A stretch of DNA of 64,000 bases from an uncultured Verrucomicrobiae bacterium (GCA_963764165.1 CAVXRD010000002.1:1152001-1216000); one strand, 5' to 3'; shown: positions 10,650 to 21,151, counted from the stretch's first letter. Made by a program: numbers and translations. The notes: a model not told the origin generated them from the letters alone.

Positions 10650-13600
10650 CTATTGCGCCAATCGGAAAAACTTGGCCGCGCTATCCATCGAAAGCGTGAC
10701 GGAATTGCTTCCGTTGGCGCTGCTGACGGAATTTGTGACCGCGATCCAGTTCGCGGACTCGAGATCGGCATTGGATTGCAGTGTAAAACCGGTGCCCGTC
10801 CAGCTTAAGTTCACACTTTGATTCATCAGCGCTATGTTCAACTGCGGTCCCACGGTCAGCCCGAAGAATCGCAGCTCGCCGACTTGCAAAACGCTCGAAT
10901 TCTGCGGCTTGCCCAGCGTGATTCGATAAGACGAATAGACGCTGGAATTTGTTTCGACGGAGAATTGCTGGATTTGAAAATCGTTCGTCGGCGCAACAGG
11001 ATTCACCGACAGCACTCTGAGATAATTGGAACCGTCGACAGTTCCGTCAACCGTTAGCGTGGAAGGGGCGCGGCCCGGATATTTAACATCATCATCGCCA
11101 GCAATCATTTCGACCCCTTTCAGCACCGACGTTCCTGCCGCTGGAGTCAGGTACACTTCACACGCGCCATTGTCCGACACCAAGTTAAACTTATTCGTGT
11201 CTTGAGCCAGTTGCCGGTCGAACAATGCGCTCACGCTGTATCCCGAAGGCACGCTCGCTCCGCCCGGCAGCGTCAGGCTGACGGCATCATTGCTGGACGT
11301 GATCTCGCCAAAGGGCATGAATTCCACCTCGGCAATCTGCATGGCGGCCGCGGTCGCGGGATTGGCCACCGTCGGAAATGTCAGCCGATATTCATTGTAT
11401 GCGGTTGAATTAGGAAATGTAACTGATTGGATGGAGTTGGGCGCCGGAAATGGCGGAATGGCATTGCTCGCAATCGTGACAAAGTTCGTTCCATCGAAAG
11501 AACCAGCCAGCACGAAAGACGTTGGATCATCTTCCGGGTGGCTGGCCGCGCTGATAAATGTTAGCGCGGTCACAACGCTGTCGCCGGCGGGGAATACTGA
11601 AAATCCAGTGTTAAAAACATCATCATTTGCATAGACCGTTCCAATGTTTCCATCAATCGCGTTGTTCGCTCCTTCACCCGCCGGGCTGTTGGTGGAGGTC
11701 GCCTGCAAGAAATCGCCGGCCCTGGTGATTCCAAAAACTGTCGCGTCCGCCGTGGTGGAGAAGGTTTCATCGGCTCCTTCAATCGTTCCACCGGACCAGG
11801 TTAGAACCGTCCGATAATGATAGGTTGTCTTTGGCTGGAGATCCAGGATAACGGTTTCCGGGCTTGCCAGCTTCGGCAAGCTATTGATTGACTGGACAGA
11901 CGTCGACTGACCATAGCTTGCGTTAGTTCCGTATTGGATGGTCAATTGAATGGGACTGGCGGCGGTGTTGATCGCTGTTTTGACGACCGCGTAGCGCGCG
12001 TTTGTTTCCACCACGGCTTCTCCCGTAATGGACGGAGTGAAGTTCGGGACAAACACTAATTGCAATTGATGCGGGACGTCCGCCGAAACATGGAACTGGC
12101 CGGCATAGGTCTCATTCAGAAAATTCGTCGCATCGATGACAAACAGATTTGAATTGAATCCAGTTAAATTCCCGGTGTAGGTGGCAATTGTCCATGCGCC
12201 GCTGTTGGAGCCATTGAATCCACTGGCCAATCCCGGCAGGCTTCCGTTAAAGGTGCGCAGAGAAACGCGCATCGACCCGGCGTTTGAAGCATTGATTGCC
12301 AGGTCTCCAGTGATTTGCAGCAGGCCCCAGTTGGTTCCGGCAAGCCCGGTGGAGGACGCAAGATTCCAATAGAAAGCAGTGCCAGGCCCCCATGTTTCCG
12401 AAGGGGTGTTTAGCGTGCCCACCGGCGACCCCGGCGAAACTCCGCCCCCATTTCCGATGGCCACCGTTCCTGTGACCGTGCCGGCGCCGGCAAGGGTGCC
12501 TCCATTGGCTGTAATCGCCGGGCTTCCATTCAGCAAGCCGTCAATCGCCAGTGTTCCCCCGTTGATCGTGGTTGGACCCGAATAGGAATTTGTCCCGAGA
12601 AGCGTCGTCATTCCAGAATTGTTGGTGACACTCAGGTTGCCGCTCAATGGGACAGCCAAGCCGCCAGCGGTGCCATCCTGGGTCAAATAATAATTGGAGT
12701 TGGTATGATCGAAAATCACGACGCCTGTCCCGGCGCCCACGGTCACCGCAGATATATTCAAAAGGCCGGCAGAATCTCCATTCCCGATCTGCAATGTTCC
12801 CACTGCAGGATGAAGCCCGAAAGAATTCTTCTCTCCCAGCACAATTTGCCCGCTGCCACCGTTCACGGTCACCTTGGCGCCGCCTTCAACAGTTAAACTG
12901 CCAGCGTTGAAATAGCCCACCGTAAGGCTGTTGATGTTATTCCATTCCGAGCCCGCACCTTTCACCGTCACCGTGCTGCCCGAAGCAAAAAGCGTTTCAG
13001 CCAGGGTGGCATTGTTGTCGGTGAAAGCAGCTCCACCTGAAACCACCAAAGAGGCCGCGCTGTTATTGCCGACGATGAGATCCGCGCCAGGAGAGTATAT
13101 GGCGGCCCCGTTGCTCGATACTTGCAATGTCCCGCCCTCAAGGATGGTGCCGCCCGCAAACGTATTTGAGCCTGTTAACGTAACAGTTCCAGAGCCGGTG
13201 TTCTGGAACGATCCCGAACCGCTGATGGACGCTGCGAATGTGGAAGAATCGGATCGATTGAATTCCAAAACGCCGTCGTTTACCAAGGAAATTGAACCAA
13301 GGCTGCCGCCGTTGACGACTTGAAGAGAGCTTCCATTCAAGTAAGTCGTGCCAGTGGTGGGAATCGCCATGTCCAAATTCCAAGTGCCGCCCCCCTCCAC
13401 CACAACCTGGCCATTAAAGGTCAAACCGCCGCTGATGGTGGAAGACATATTTGTTACCCCGTCTCCATCAAAAATCAATTGCGAGTCTGTTGAATTTCCC
13501 AAGTTGGCGCCGCCAGAAATGTGGCTGCCGGGAAAAACGGAAAGCTGGTTGCCAAAGTTGCTGCCCATGGTGATGCCGTTATTGATGGTGCCTTCATTGA

Positions 13601-15032
13601 TGACTGTCCCTGGTCCGCCCTGGATAACAACGCCAGTGCCCGAAGAACTGCCGGAGGAACCAAAACTGCCCCCAACTCCAGAGCCGCCTTGAACCAACGC
13701 GGCGTTGAACAACACTCCGCCGTCATTCATTTGAATGCCCGTGCCGCCACCGCCAGCACTCGCGAAGCCTGAAGAACCTCCACCGCCAGAGATCATGCCC
13801 CCGGAAAGATTTGTCACAGTCGCGAAAGCTGAAAAGGACACGCCTGTGGCGCCGCCACCGCCAGAGCTGCCATTGCCGCCGCTAATTTGACCCGAGTTGA
13901 TCAAGATCCCCGCCTCTTTGTAGGATAGGCCGGTGCCCCCTCCGCCGCCGTTGAAAAAGGTACCGCCGCTGCCCGGGCCGCCAGTAATTGACCCCGTGGC
14001 GCCATTGGTTAGTGTCCCCGTCCCCGCAAAGGCGACTGCCGTTCCGCCACCTCCTCCATCCGAGCCGCCGCCGCCTTGGATCGAGCCAAGATTCGTGAAC
14101 GAGGTTCCTGAGGCGGCCGAAACTCCAGTCCCGCCACTGGCGCCGCCGGTAAGAGCCCCAGACCCGGCCCCAGCCCCGTTGATCGTGCCGCTGTTCAACA
14201 GGCCGCCGCCGAGCTTCAGGTCTAAACCGTCGCCGCCTGTGCCATCGCCGCTGGAAAATCCGCCCCCCGCTCCGGAACCGCCGGTAATGACACTGCTGGC
14301 GGCATTGACCAGCATGCCGCCGCTGTTGATCACCGCGCCCGGATTCCCCGAACTTCCCGCGCCCGCGACAGAGCTGGGGACATTGAGTCCTCCCAATTGG
14401 AGAGTGCCGCCGTTAACGGTGACCAACCCAAAATTATTGCTGCCTGCAAGCTCGACCGCGCCACCGGCCACTGTAAGCGGCCCGCCGTTAAACGCGTTCG
14501 TAAACACGACGCTGTATATGCTGCTATTGAAAGTCACGCCGCCGCTGTTGATGGTCACGCCGGAAGGGCCCAGGTTGCGAAAGAATCCAGTGATATTGGC
14601 CGTTGGCTGGATGGTTGCCCCATTGAGCGTCACCGTGCCGAGGCCGCCTAGATCGACTTCGCCAGCCGCCAGCGTTCCGCCACCCGAGACAACGACAAAA
14701 TTGGAAGTTCCGGGCGCCGCTGGAGCAATGTTTGGGGCAACGACCTTTCCACCATTGATCGTGAGTGTGCTGCCGATCCCAAGGCCAAGAGCCTGGGCAA
14801 CACCTGTTACTCCAGAGGGAACCGATACTTTGTTGCTATTCGAGATAATGGCAACATCCGTGGCGCTGGGAACGGCTGCATTCCAATTTGAAGCAACATT
14901 CCAATTTCCGTTTGAATTGATGAAATATTGCGTGTCCGCTCTCAGTGACGTCAAACCTGTGGCGACGATGGCAAAGGAGAGTAAAAAACGGGCGCGCTCA
15001 AGTTTTAACGTCAGGCCGGGTGCGTGTTTCAT
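10650..15032 (-). CDS. Giant Gly-rich beta-helix surface protein (paralog B)
   Basis: Colinear with paralog A from MKHAPGLTLKLERARFLLSFAIVATG to AKFFRLAQ. Confidence 0.85.
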   Translation of the reverse strand: MKHAPGLTLKLERARFLLSFAIVATGLTSLRADTQYFINSNGNWNVASNWNAAVPSATDVAIISNSNKVSVPSGVTGVAQALGLGIGSTLTINGGKVVAPNIAPAAPGTSNFVVVSGGGTLAAGEVDLGGLGTVTLNGATIQPTANITGFFRNLGPSGVTINSGGVTFNSSIYSVVFTNAFNGGPLTVAGGAVELAGSNNFGLVTVNGGTLQLGGLNVPSSVAGAGSSGNPGAVINSGGMLVNAASSVITGGSGAGGGFSSGDGTGGDGLDLKLGGGLLNSGTINGAGAGSGALTGGASGGTGVSAASGTSFTNLGSIQGGGGSDGGGGGTAVAFAGTGTLTNGATGSITGGPGSGGTFFNGGGGGTGLSYKEAGILINSGQISGGNGSSGGGGATGVSFSAFATVTNLSGGMISGGGGSSGFASAGGGGTGIQMNDGGVLFNAALVQGGSGVGGSFGSSGSSSGTGVVIQGGPGTVINEGTINNGITMGSNFGNQLSVFPGSHISGGANLGNSTDSQLIFDGDGVTNMSSTISGGLTFNGQVVVEGGGTWNLDMAIPTTGTTYLNGSSLQVVNGGSLGSISLVNDGVLEFNRSDSSTFAASISGSGSFQNTGSGTVTLTGSNTFAGGTILEGGTLQVSSNGAAIYSPGADLIVGNNSAASLVVSGGAAFTDNNATLAETLFASGSTVTVKGAGSEWNNINSLTVGYFNAGSLTVEGGAKVTVNGGSGQIVLGEKNSFGLHPAVGTLQIGNGDSAGLLNISAVTVGAGTGVVIFDHTNSNYYLTQDGTAGGLAVPLSGNLSVTNNSGMTTLLGTNSYSGPTTINGGTLAIDGLLNGSPAITANGGTLAGAGTVTGTVAIGNGGGVSPGSPVGTLNTPSETWGPGTAFYWNLASSTGLAGTNWGLLQITGDLAINASNAGSMRVSLRTFNGSLPGLASGFNGSNSGAWTIATYTGNLTGFNSNLFVIDATNFLNETYAGQFHVSADVPHQLQLVFVPNFTPSITGEAVVETNARYAVVKTAINTAASPIQLTIQYGTNASYGQSTSVQSINSLPKLASPETVILDLQPKTTYHYRTVLTWSGGTIEGADETFSTTADATVFGITRAGDFLQATSTNSPAGEGANNAIDGNIGTVYANDDVFNTGFSVFPAGDSVVTALTFISAASHPEDDPTSFVLAGSFDGTNFVTIASNAIPPFPAPNSIQSVTFPNSTAYNEYRLTFPTVANPATAAAMQIAEVEFMPFGEITSSNDAVSLTLPGGASVPSGYSVSALFDRQLAQDTNKFNLVSDNGACEVYLTPAAGTSVLKGVEMIAGDDDVKYPGRAPSTLTVDGTVDGSNYLRVLSVNPVAPTNDFQIQQFSVETNSSVYSSYRITLGKPQNSSVLQVGELRFFGLTVGPQLNIALMNQSVNLSWTGTGFTLQSNADLESANWIAVTNSVSSANGSNSVTLSMDSAAKFFRLAQ

Positions 15033-15103
15033 AGGCTGTAATTTTATTGTGAATGCTGCTTTCGGTCGGATCACCAAGATCAAGTTCTCCGATCCACCTC
15101 ATA

Positions 15104-15130
15104 CATAGCTGTTTGAAAACCGAAGTTTCA
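15104..15130 (-). promoter_or_regulatory. Putative ECF sigma promoter P2
   Basis: Minus strand TGAAAC-ttcggttttcaaacag-CTATG (16-nt spacer). Confidence 0.65.
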
Positions 15131-15472
15131 GAAAATCGAAAATAAACGAAAGCCCTGACTGGCCGGAGGTCACTCCGGTTCCGAAGGTTCCTCGACGATG
15201 TCGGTGGAATAGCGGTGTCAAATTTGATTCGTTTCGGCGAAGAAACTCTGCGTTCTCCGCGCCTCTGCGCGCGATTGAGTTTAATGCCACGATGAAACCA
15301 AATGGGACCACCACACCGTTCGTCGATGCCGCTTGCCGCGTCCACCGCGCATCGTCAATGGCCTGCAGGAGGGGAAAGAATCTTCGCGCAGAGAAGATGA
15401 GTGCGCAGAGAAACACAAAGACAAATCCGCACTCCGCCGAAAACAGTGAGGAACCGCTCCGAAGCCTTTCAT

Positions 15473-15560
15473 AACAGAAGGTAACGAAGTGAACGAAAGG
15501 GTGCATACCGACTGCCCAACGCAGCTCACCCCCCCTTCGTGTCCTTCGTTTCCTTCTGTT
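15473..15560. repeat. Inverted repeat with 9-bp periodic arms (AACAGAAGG family)
   Basis: aacagaagg-taacgaagt-gaacgaaag ... cttcgtgtccttcgtttccttctgtt; related copy at 21414-21492. Confidence 0.65.
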
Positions 15561-15594
15561 GGCAATTCTGCCCCCAACCTTGCAGTATTGAAGG

Positions 15595-18500
15595 CTAGCG
15601 TGAGGATGCAAAGTTGCGTCGGGCCGCGCTCAGGCGAGTCAAAATTGACGGGTCGCCAGGCGTCCCCATTGCCAGCCGATCGAGATGAAAAACGGCGGAA
15701 AACCAATCGCCGCGGAGTTCTGCCATCACAGCTTGCTGATTATGCCACGGTCGAAGATCTTGCGGCCATTCCGGGCCGGCCTGGCCGCCATTCAGGGAGG
15801 CGAAAGTGCCAGCCAGCTCTTGAGCTGTCATAGGCATGCCCACCCGCATTCCTGTCATCGCTTCCACCATTAATTCAAGTTGCCGGTTGCTTGGTGGCTC
15901 GGACGGCAGGTCAATCACCCAGACAGCGGCGGATGCGCCGCCTGTGCTCACGTAAAGGCGGCGGCCGTTCCTCGAAAAAACCAGCGAGGAAACGCTGCCG
16001 TTGAAATGCATGGGCGGCATGAGGGCGTCACCGCGCACGGTTTCCCAAATATTCACCGCGCCATCGGCTGCGCCGGAGGCCAGCACCCGGCCATCCGCCC
16101 GGAACGCAAGAGCGCTCACAACGCGGCGATGCCGAAGTTCGCCGGTTGCCGGGCTTCCGTCTGCCGCGCGCCAGAGGTGAACGACATTATCCTCACCTCC
16201 TGTGGCAATGAGAGCGCCGTCTGGAGAAAATCTCATCGAGGAAACACCGTCGCCGTGCCGGAGGGGCGCGGCCGTCGGCTGCAATCCAGGCAGCGCATAA
16301 ATCCGCGCGGCGGACGGTTCGATGTCGCTGTTGCCGAAAGCAATCGCAATTCGGTCAGCCGCGGGATCGAACTGCGCCTCGCTAAATGTGTCGAGAGGGC
16401 CGCCGACAATGGGTTTCCCGCAAGACAGACCCGATTTGGCGTCCCAGACTTCCGCGGAACGGCCGCCTGCTGTACAGATCCACCGGCCGTTCGGACTCCA
16501 GCAAATCGTCTTTGCCGGCTCGCGCAAGTCGATGCTTGAGCCAAGCGGCTGGCCGTCCGATGTCCGCCAGAGTTGCAGCAGCCCCCGGCTCGTCGCGGTG
16601 GCAAATTCGCTTCCATCGGGCCGGAAGGCGACCCGGCTGATATCTTCCAGCGCCGGATTGTCGCCTGCCTGCAATTTCAAAAGCATTTTTCCAGTGGAGA
16701 AATCGTTGATTTGCAGGCCGCGTTTTCCCAGCGCCAGCGCAATGTGGCCGGGCCCCGCATCGAGCGAAATTTGCTGAACCCCACCCGGAACTGTAACCGG
16801 CTGGCCTTGCAGCTCGCCGGTTTCCAAATTGAAAATATGGCAGGTGCCATGGCGGTCGGCCAGGATCATCCAGCGGCCATCGGGCGTGTTTGCCATTCGC
16901 GTCATCGCCTCACCGTTCACCAGCAACGGCTGTGCGCCGAAGGACAAGTCCCATACTTGCACGCAGCCTGCGGCGTCGCCCGCCGCCAGAAACCGGCTGT
17001 CGTCGCTAAACGCGATTTCCTGGATCAGAGTTGTCCGGTGAACCGTTGGCATGGCGGGTTTTTGGCTGTCCGTGTGTACAAGCCGCAACTGATAATCGAA
17101 GCCAGCGGTCGCCAGCCACGCGCCATCCGGGCTGAACACGATTTTGTTGACACCACCTTCGTGAATCACCGTCTGGCCATGCGGTTCGCTGGTGGAGGTG
17201 TCCCAGATGCGCGCTGGCTCTTGAAATCCGCCCGTTGCGAATTGCCGCCCGTCAGGTTTCATTTCAATGACCTGCCAGTTCTCCGGCGACGGGACGGAGG
17301 CCATGGTTTCCCCCGTGCGCCAACGCAGGACCTTTATGCGGTTAGTCGAATAGCAAAGCAGCCGTTCACCTTCCTGGTCCAACTTCGGCGGAACCCATGG
17401 AAAGACAGGCGACTCTTCCTGCTTCACGAGGGCGCCAGTGGCCACGCTCCAGGCATAAGCGCGATCCCCCTCATGCACTGTCAGCAATGTTTTTCCATCC
17501 CGGGAAAAACACATCCAAAACGCCGGGCTGTTGTTGGTTGTTGCAACGGAAAGCCGCTCACCGGTCTCTGTGCTCCAAAATTGGATCGGCACGCCCCCGG
17601 TCGCCACAATTTTGCCGTCCGGGCTGAATGCAGCCATAACGGGTTGGTTGGACTCCATCGCGAGGGAAACGACCGCGTTATCGGTTAAACGACGTATGGA
17701 CGCGTAGGGTAGTCGGTTGAAAAACTCGAGGACTTGGGAGCCATTGGGATCGAGAATCGTGTCGTGCGCGCCTGGGCGCGGAGTGGCCAGTTTTCGAGAA
17801 TTTTGCGTGGTCAGGTTCCACACACATGTTTCTCCATCTTGCAAAATCGCAATCAGGCGGCGGCCATCCTTGGAAAATTGAAGTTTGCCCGGAATTCCGC
17901 CAGCGTCCCAGACGCGCATGAGCCTGGGCGAGTTCTGGAGAGTGCCTGCGACTCTTTCGGCGACGGAATGCTGCACGTCCGGCTCGTCGCGGCAAAGCCG
18001 CGCGGCGTCGATCAGTGGAGCAAGCCCCGCGAAACCTTCATTGGCCGAATTTAGCCGCCCACTCTCGCGCAAATCCTGTGTCAGCAGCGCGTGGCGGCTG
18101 GCAGCTTCGTTCGCATTCGCGATGGCTCGGGCGCGGTTCAGGCGCACGTTGAAAGCAAGCGAGCCGATGGTGATAACAACGAGAGCAAGAAGAGAAATCA
18201 GAATGAGTCCGCTCTGGGCAGGATGGCGGCGCACCCATTTGTGCATGCGCTGCGTGGCCGTGCTGGGCCGCGCTTGAATCGGCTCGCCGCGCAAAGCATT
18301 TTCAACGTCCTCAATTAATTCCGCCGCGCTGCGGTAACGGCGCTCCGGTTCTTTCTCAAGGCACTTGAGGCAGATGGCCTCCAGATCCGCGTGCAAGGCG
18401 GACGCCGGCAACGCAGTTTCCATGCGGCGCAGCGGGGTCGGCTCTTCCTCGGCAATCTTTCGCAGCAGCGCATGCGGATTTGGCCCTTCAAACGGCGGCC

Positions 18501-19287
18501 GCCCCGCCAGCATTTCGTAGAGCACGGCTCCCAGCCCGTAAACGTCTGCCGTCACTGTAAGATCGCGCGCGCCTCCGGCGATTTGTTCCGGCGGCATGTA
18601 AGCCGGAGTGCCTAGGATGCTGTTGCTGGCAGTCATTTCGACGCTGCCTTCCAGAATCTTGGCCAGCCCGAAGTCGGTCAAGTGTGGCTCCCCCAGCGGA
18701 TCGAGCAGGACATTATTCGGCTTGAGGTCGCGATGCAGCACGCCGCGCTCATGCGCGTGTTGAACGGCGCGGGCAAGTTTGACAATCAATCGCGCCGCCT
18801 CCTCGGGTGGCAATCCGCGCCCGTGGGATTTTTTCTCAAGAGTTCCGCCCTCGATGAACCGCATGGAAAAGAAATGCCAGCCATCGTGGTGACCGACCTC
18901 GTAAATGGGCACAATATTCGGGTGGTCGAGCCGCGCGGCGGCTCCCGCCTCAGTGCGAAACCGCTCCACCATGCGAGGCGAGGCGAGCTCGCCTGCGGCG
19001 ATCACTTTCAGGGCCACGACGCGATCGGGTTTCTTTTGGCGGGCGCGGAAAACCACTCCCATTCCGCCACGGGCAATCTCCTCAATGATTTCATATCCGG
19101 CGAATTTGCGGGCGGCCAGCAGGCCGGCGGGTGATTGCAAGTTCGCGAATTCATCATCCTCGGGCGGCGGGGCAAGCGCGCCGATCAGCAGGCAGCGCGC
19201 GCACAAGCCATCGGGCGCGCCGCCCATCAAGGGCGCGGCGCAACGATCGCATCGCGCGTCGCTTTCAGGCAGACCTGTTATGTTCAT
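15595..19287 (-). CDS. Membrane Ser/Thr protein kinase with N-terminal Cys pairs and C-terminal WD40 repeats
   Basis: IARGGMGVV, VALK, HRDLKPNN, DFG, GTPAYMPPE; TM segment LILISLLALVVITIGSLAF; many FSPDG..LAT..D...W repeats. Confidence 0.92.
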   Translation of the reverse strand: MNITGLPESDARCDRCAAPLMGGAPDGLCARCLLIGALAPPPEDDEFANLQSPAGLLAARKFAGYEIIEEIARGGMGVVFRARQKKPDRVVALKVIAAGELASPRMVERFRTEAGAAARLDHPNIVPIYEVGHHDGWHFFSMRFIEGGTLEKKSHGRGLPPEEAARLIVKLARAVQHAHERGVLHRDLKPNNVLLDPLGEPHLTDFGLAKILEGSVEMTASNSILGTPAYMPPEQIAGGARDLTVTADVYGLGAVLYEMLAGRPPFEGPNPHALLRKIAEEEPTPLRRMETALPASALHADLEAICLKCLEKEPERRYRSAAELIEDVENALRGEPIQARPSTATQRMHKWVRRHPAQSGLILISLLALVVITIGSLAFNVRLNRARAIANANEAASRHALLTQDLRESGRLNSANEGFAGLAPLIDAARLCRDEPDVQHSVAERVAGTLQNSPRLMRVWDAGGIPGKLQFSKDGRRLIAILQDGETCVWNLTTQNSRKLATPRPGAHDTILDPNGSQVLEFFNRLPYASIRRLTDNAVVSLAMESNQPVMAAFSPDGKIVATGGVPIQFWSTETGERLSVATTNNSPAFWMCFSRDGKTLLTVHEGDRAYAWSVATGALVKQEESPVFPWVPPKLDQEGERLLCYSTNRIKVLRWRTGETMASVPSPENWQVIEMKPDGRQFATGGFQEPARIWDTSTSEPHGQTVIHEGGVNKIVFSPDGAWLATAGFDYQLRLVHTDSQKPAMPTVHRTTLIQEIAFSDDSRFLAAGDAAGCVQVWDLSFGAQPLLVNGEAMTRMANTPDGRWMILADRHGTCHIFNLETGELQGQPVTVPGGVQQISLDAGPGHIALALGKRGLQINDFSTGKMLLKLQAGDNPALEDISRVAFRPDGSEFATATSRGLLQLWRTSDGQPLGSSIDLREPAKTICWSPNGRWICTAGGRSAEVWDAKSGLSCGKPIVGGPLDTFSEAQFDPAADRIAIAFGNSDIEPSAARIYALPGLQPTAAPLRHGDGVSSMRFSPDGALIATGGEDNVVHLWRAADGSPATGELRHRRVVSALAFRADGRVLASGAADGAVNIWETVRGDALMPPMHFNGSVSSLVFSRNGRRLYVSTGGASAAVWVIDLPSEPPSNRQLELMVEAMTGMRVGMPMTAQELAGTFASLNGGQAGPEWPQDLRPWHNQQAVMAELRGDWFSAVFHLDRLAMGTPGDPSILTRLSAARRNFASSR

Positions 19288-19367
19288 TCTTTGACGGACC
19301 GAGTTGGCTGAAGTGATGGCGGTTGCTCATCGGTGCGTCTTTGGCCACTGCGGCTACTGCATCATAC

Positions 19368-19394
19368 CAGAGCCCTTTTCAGGCGAAGGTTTCA
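19368..19394 (-). promoter_or_regulatory. Putative ECF sigma promoter P3, between sigma and kinase genes
   Basis: Minus strand TGAAAC-cttcgcctgaaaaggg-CTCTG (16-nt spacer). Confidence 0.6.
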
Positions 19395-19446
19395 AGAAAT
19401 CTGAAAAATACTTCACCGTTCGCCAATTCAAGCGCCTCTTCGACCG

Positions 19447-20205
19447 CTAGGCCGCGAGCACCGCGATGAGGTGCTGAATTTCCTCCTCGACATCCTCTTC
19501 CGATCCAACGGTCGAAGCCACTTCCTCGCGGATGATCTCACCGTAACGCCGTCTCATTCGGAAGATGGCAGTCTTGGTGGCCGGTTCTGAAAGGCCGGAT
19601 CGTTGCGCGGCCTCCGCATAAGATTGTCCCCCGCCGTCGCCTTGCAGAAAGGCCTTGAGAACATCAAATCGGGATTTCAAGCCGTCGTTTTCCATTTCGT
19701 CGCCCAACCGGTGCAGCGCCGTTTTTACCACCGTTTGGGCCCAGCGCAGATCAAACCACTTTTCCGCCGCGGCTGGATTTCCCGGTTCCATTAAGAACTG
19801 TTGCTCGGGGTCGAGGCCATCCAAGGATATAATGGTTGTTCCGCCGCCGCGTTTCAGCCGCTGGGAGTCGCGCCACGCGCTGGCGAGAAAATTCTTGAGC
19901 GCAGCGAGCAAGAAACTTCGAAAGCGCCCCTTATCCGGGGAGACAGCCTGCAAGGAATCGCTCGAAAGAAGCCGCGCAAAGAATTCCTGGGTCAAATCCT
20001 TGGCCTCCTCATCGCCGTATCCCTGACCGCGGACAAATCCGTAAAGAGGATACCAATAGGCGCGGCACAACGTCTCCAGCGCGGGAGCGGTTTCCGAAGA
20101 TGCGCGGCCCGCCTTTAGAATGACGCTCCAATGCGTCGTGCGAAAGTTGCGTGGCGACGAGTCCGATGTTCTGGATGGCGAGGCAGGTTCATCCATTTTG
20201 CTCAA
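19447..20205 (-). CDS. ECF RNA polymerase sigma factor (kinase-associated PVC type)
   Basis: FRTTHWSVI, ALETLCRAYWYPLYGF, EAKDLTQEFF, GRFRSFL, region-4 SYAEAAQRSGLSEPATKTAIFRMRRRY. Start may be ATG 20196. Confidence 0.88.
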   Translation of the reverse strand: MSKMDEPASPSRTSDSSPRNFRTTHWSVILKAGRASSETAPALETLCRAYWYPLYGFVRGQGYGDEEAKDLTQEFFARLLSSDSLQAVSPDKGRFRSFLLAALKNFLASAWRDSQRLKRGGGTTIISLDGLDPEQQFLMEPGNPAAAEKWFDLRWAQTVVKTALHRLGDEMENDGLKSRFDVLKAFLQGDGGGQSYAEAAQRSGLSEPATKTAIFRMRRRYGEIIREEVASTVGSEEDVEEEIQHLIAVLAA

Positions 20206-20337
20206 CTACAACGGTAGCAGAACCATAGGAGTGTTTCCAGTAAAAAGATGTGCGGACGGACCTTGGCGGTTGCGGGTCACTTCAGCAACGCTAGAAGCGA
20301 AATATTTGTACATCAGCCAATGCAAGGACAAGGGGCG

Positions 20338-20404
20338 GCCACAGATTCACACAGATCAACACAGATTTTTAATTTATCTGTGTTGATCTGTGTCCATCTG
20401 TGGC
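20338..20404. repeat. Palindromic element with 10-bp periodic ACAGAT units, copy 1
   Basis: gcc-acagattcac-acagatcaac-acagat..atctgtgttg-atctgtgtcc-atctgtggc. Confidence 0.85.
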
Positions 20405-20480
20405 TCTCTTGTCTGGCGGGATTTGCCTTCTGCGGCTGTGACGAAAAAGGGACCAAGTTGTCCCTGTGATTTTCTCATAT

Positions 20481-20888
20481 TTAATCCAAGAGTGAAAACA
20501 AGGAAACAATCCTGATTTCCTTCACTCGGAACATAGGTTTTCCCGGCTTTTCTGAAGTATAAAACTCTTCCACGCCTTGGCGAATGGCGGCGGCAATCTG
20601 CAGTGCATCCGGGCCCGCCAAACCGTGGCGGGCGGCAAGATTTTCAGCCTCTAATCCGAGATCCGGAGTCAAGGCTTGGCTGCCGGCACAATCGGCAAAG
20701 TGCGATTCATAAAACGCCACCTCTCTTGGCCGTTTTTCAAAACGCGGCTTGGGCAGAAGTTCCAACCGGACCAGTTGGGACGTGAAAAACTCGCGCGTGT
20801 CATCATCCATTATCCTCATGGCAGCGCCTGACAGCGTCTCTCCGCGCCAGGCGTGCAATAAGACGCCGCTGTCCAAAAATGTTCTCAA
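20481..20888 (-). CDS. PIN-domain (VapC-like) toxin
   Basis: FLDSGVL, VRLELL, GPDALQIAAA; overlaps the upstream antitoxin by TTGA. Confidence 0.8.
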   Translation of the reverse strand: MRTFLDSGVLLHAWRGETLSGAAMRIMDDDTREFFTSQLVRLELLPKPRFEKRPREVAFYESHFADCAGSQALTPDLGLEAENLAARHGLAGPDALQIAAAIRQGVEEFYTSEKPGKPMFRVKEIRIVSLFSLLD

Positions 20889-21151
20889 AAACTCCGCCCC
20901 CGGCGCTCCTTCAGCTCCTGCTCAGCTTGCGCATCAGAAAGCAACGGACTGCGTTCGGCTCGCCCCTTTTTACGCAATGCCTCCATTCGGCGTCCGCGTT
21001 CCGTTTTGGGTTTCCATTGCACCGGTTTGCGCTTGGCGATCTTTTCCTCAATTGCCTGCACAATGAAGCCGCTGCGTCCCTGACCCGCAGGCGGTATCTG
21101 TTCTAAAATCCGCGCCGGAATCTTTACGCTCACAAGAGTGGCATGCGTCAT
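20885..21151 (-). CDS. Antitoxin, RHH/CopG-like
   Basis: VSVKIPARILEQI..RSGFIVQAIEEKI, coupled to the PIN gene. Confidence 0.7.
   Translation of the reverse strand: MTHATLVSVKIPARILEQIPPAGQGRSGFIVQAIEEKIAKRKPVQWKPKTERGRRMEALRKKGRAERSPLLSDAQAEQELKERRGRSF

Noticed and set aside
20206..20245. GGAAAC upstream of the first sigma as a fourth regulon promoter
   Set aside because: The position 16 nt downstream reads TACCG, not CT(C/A)TG.
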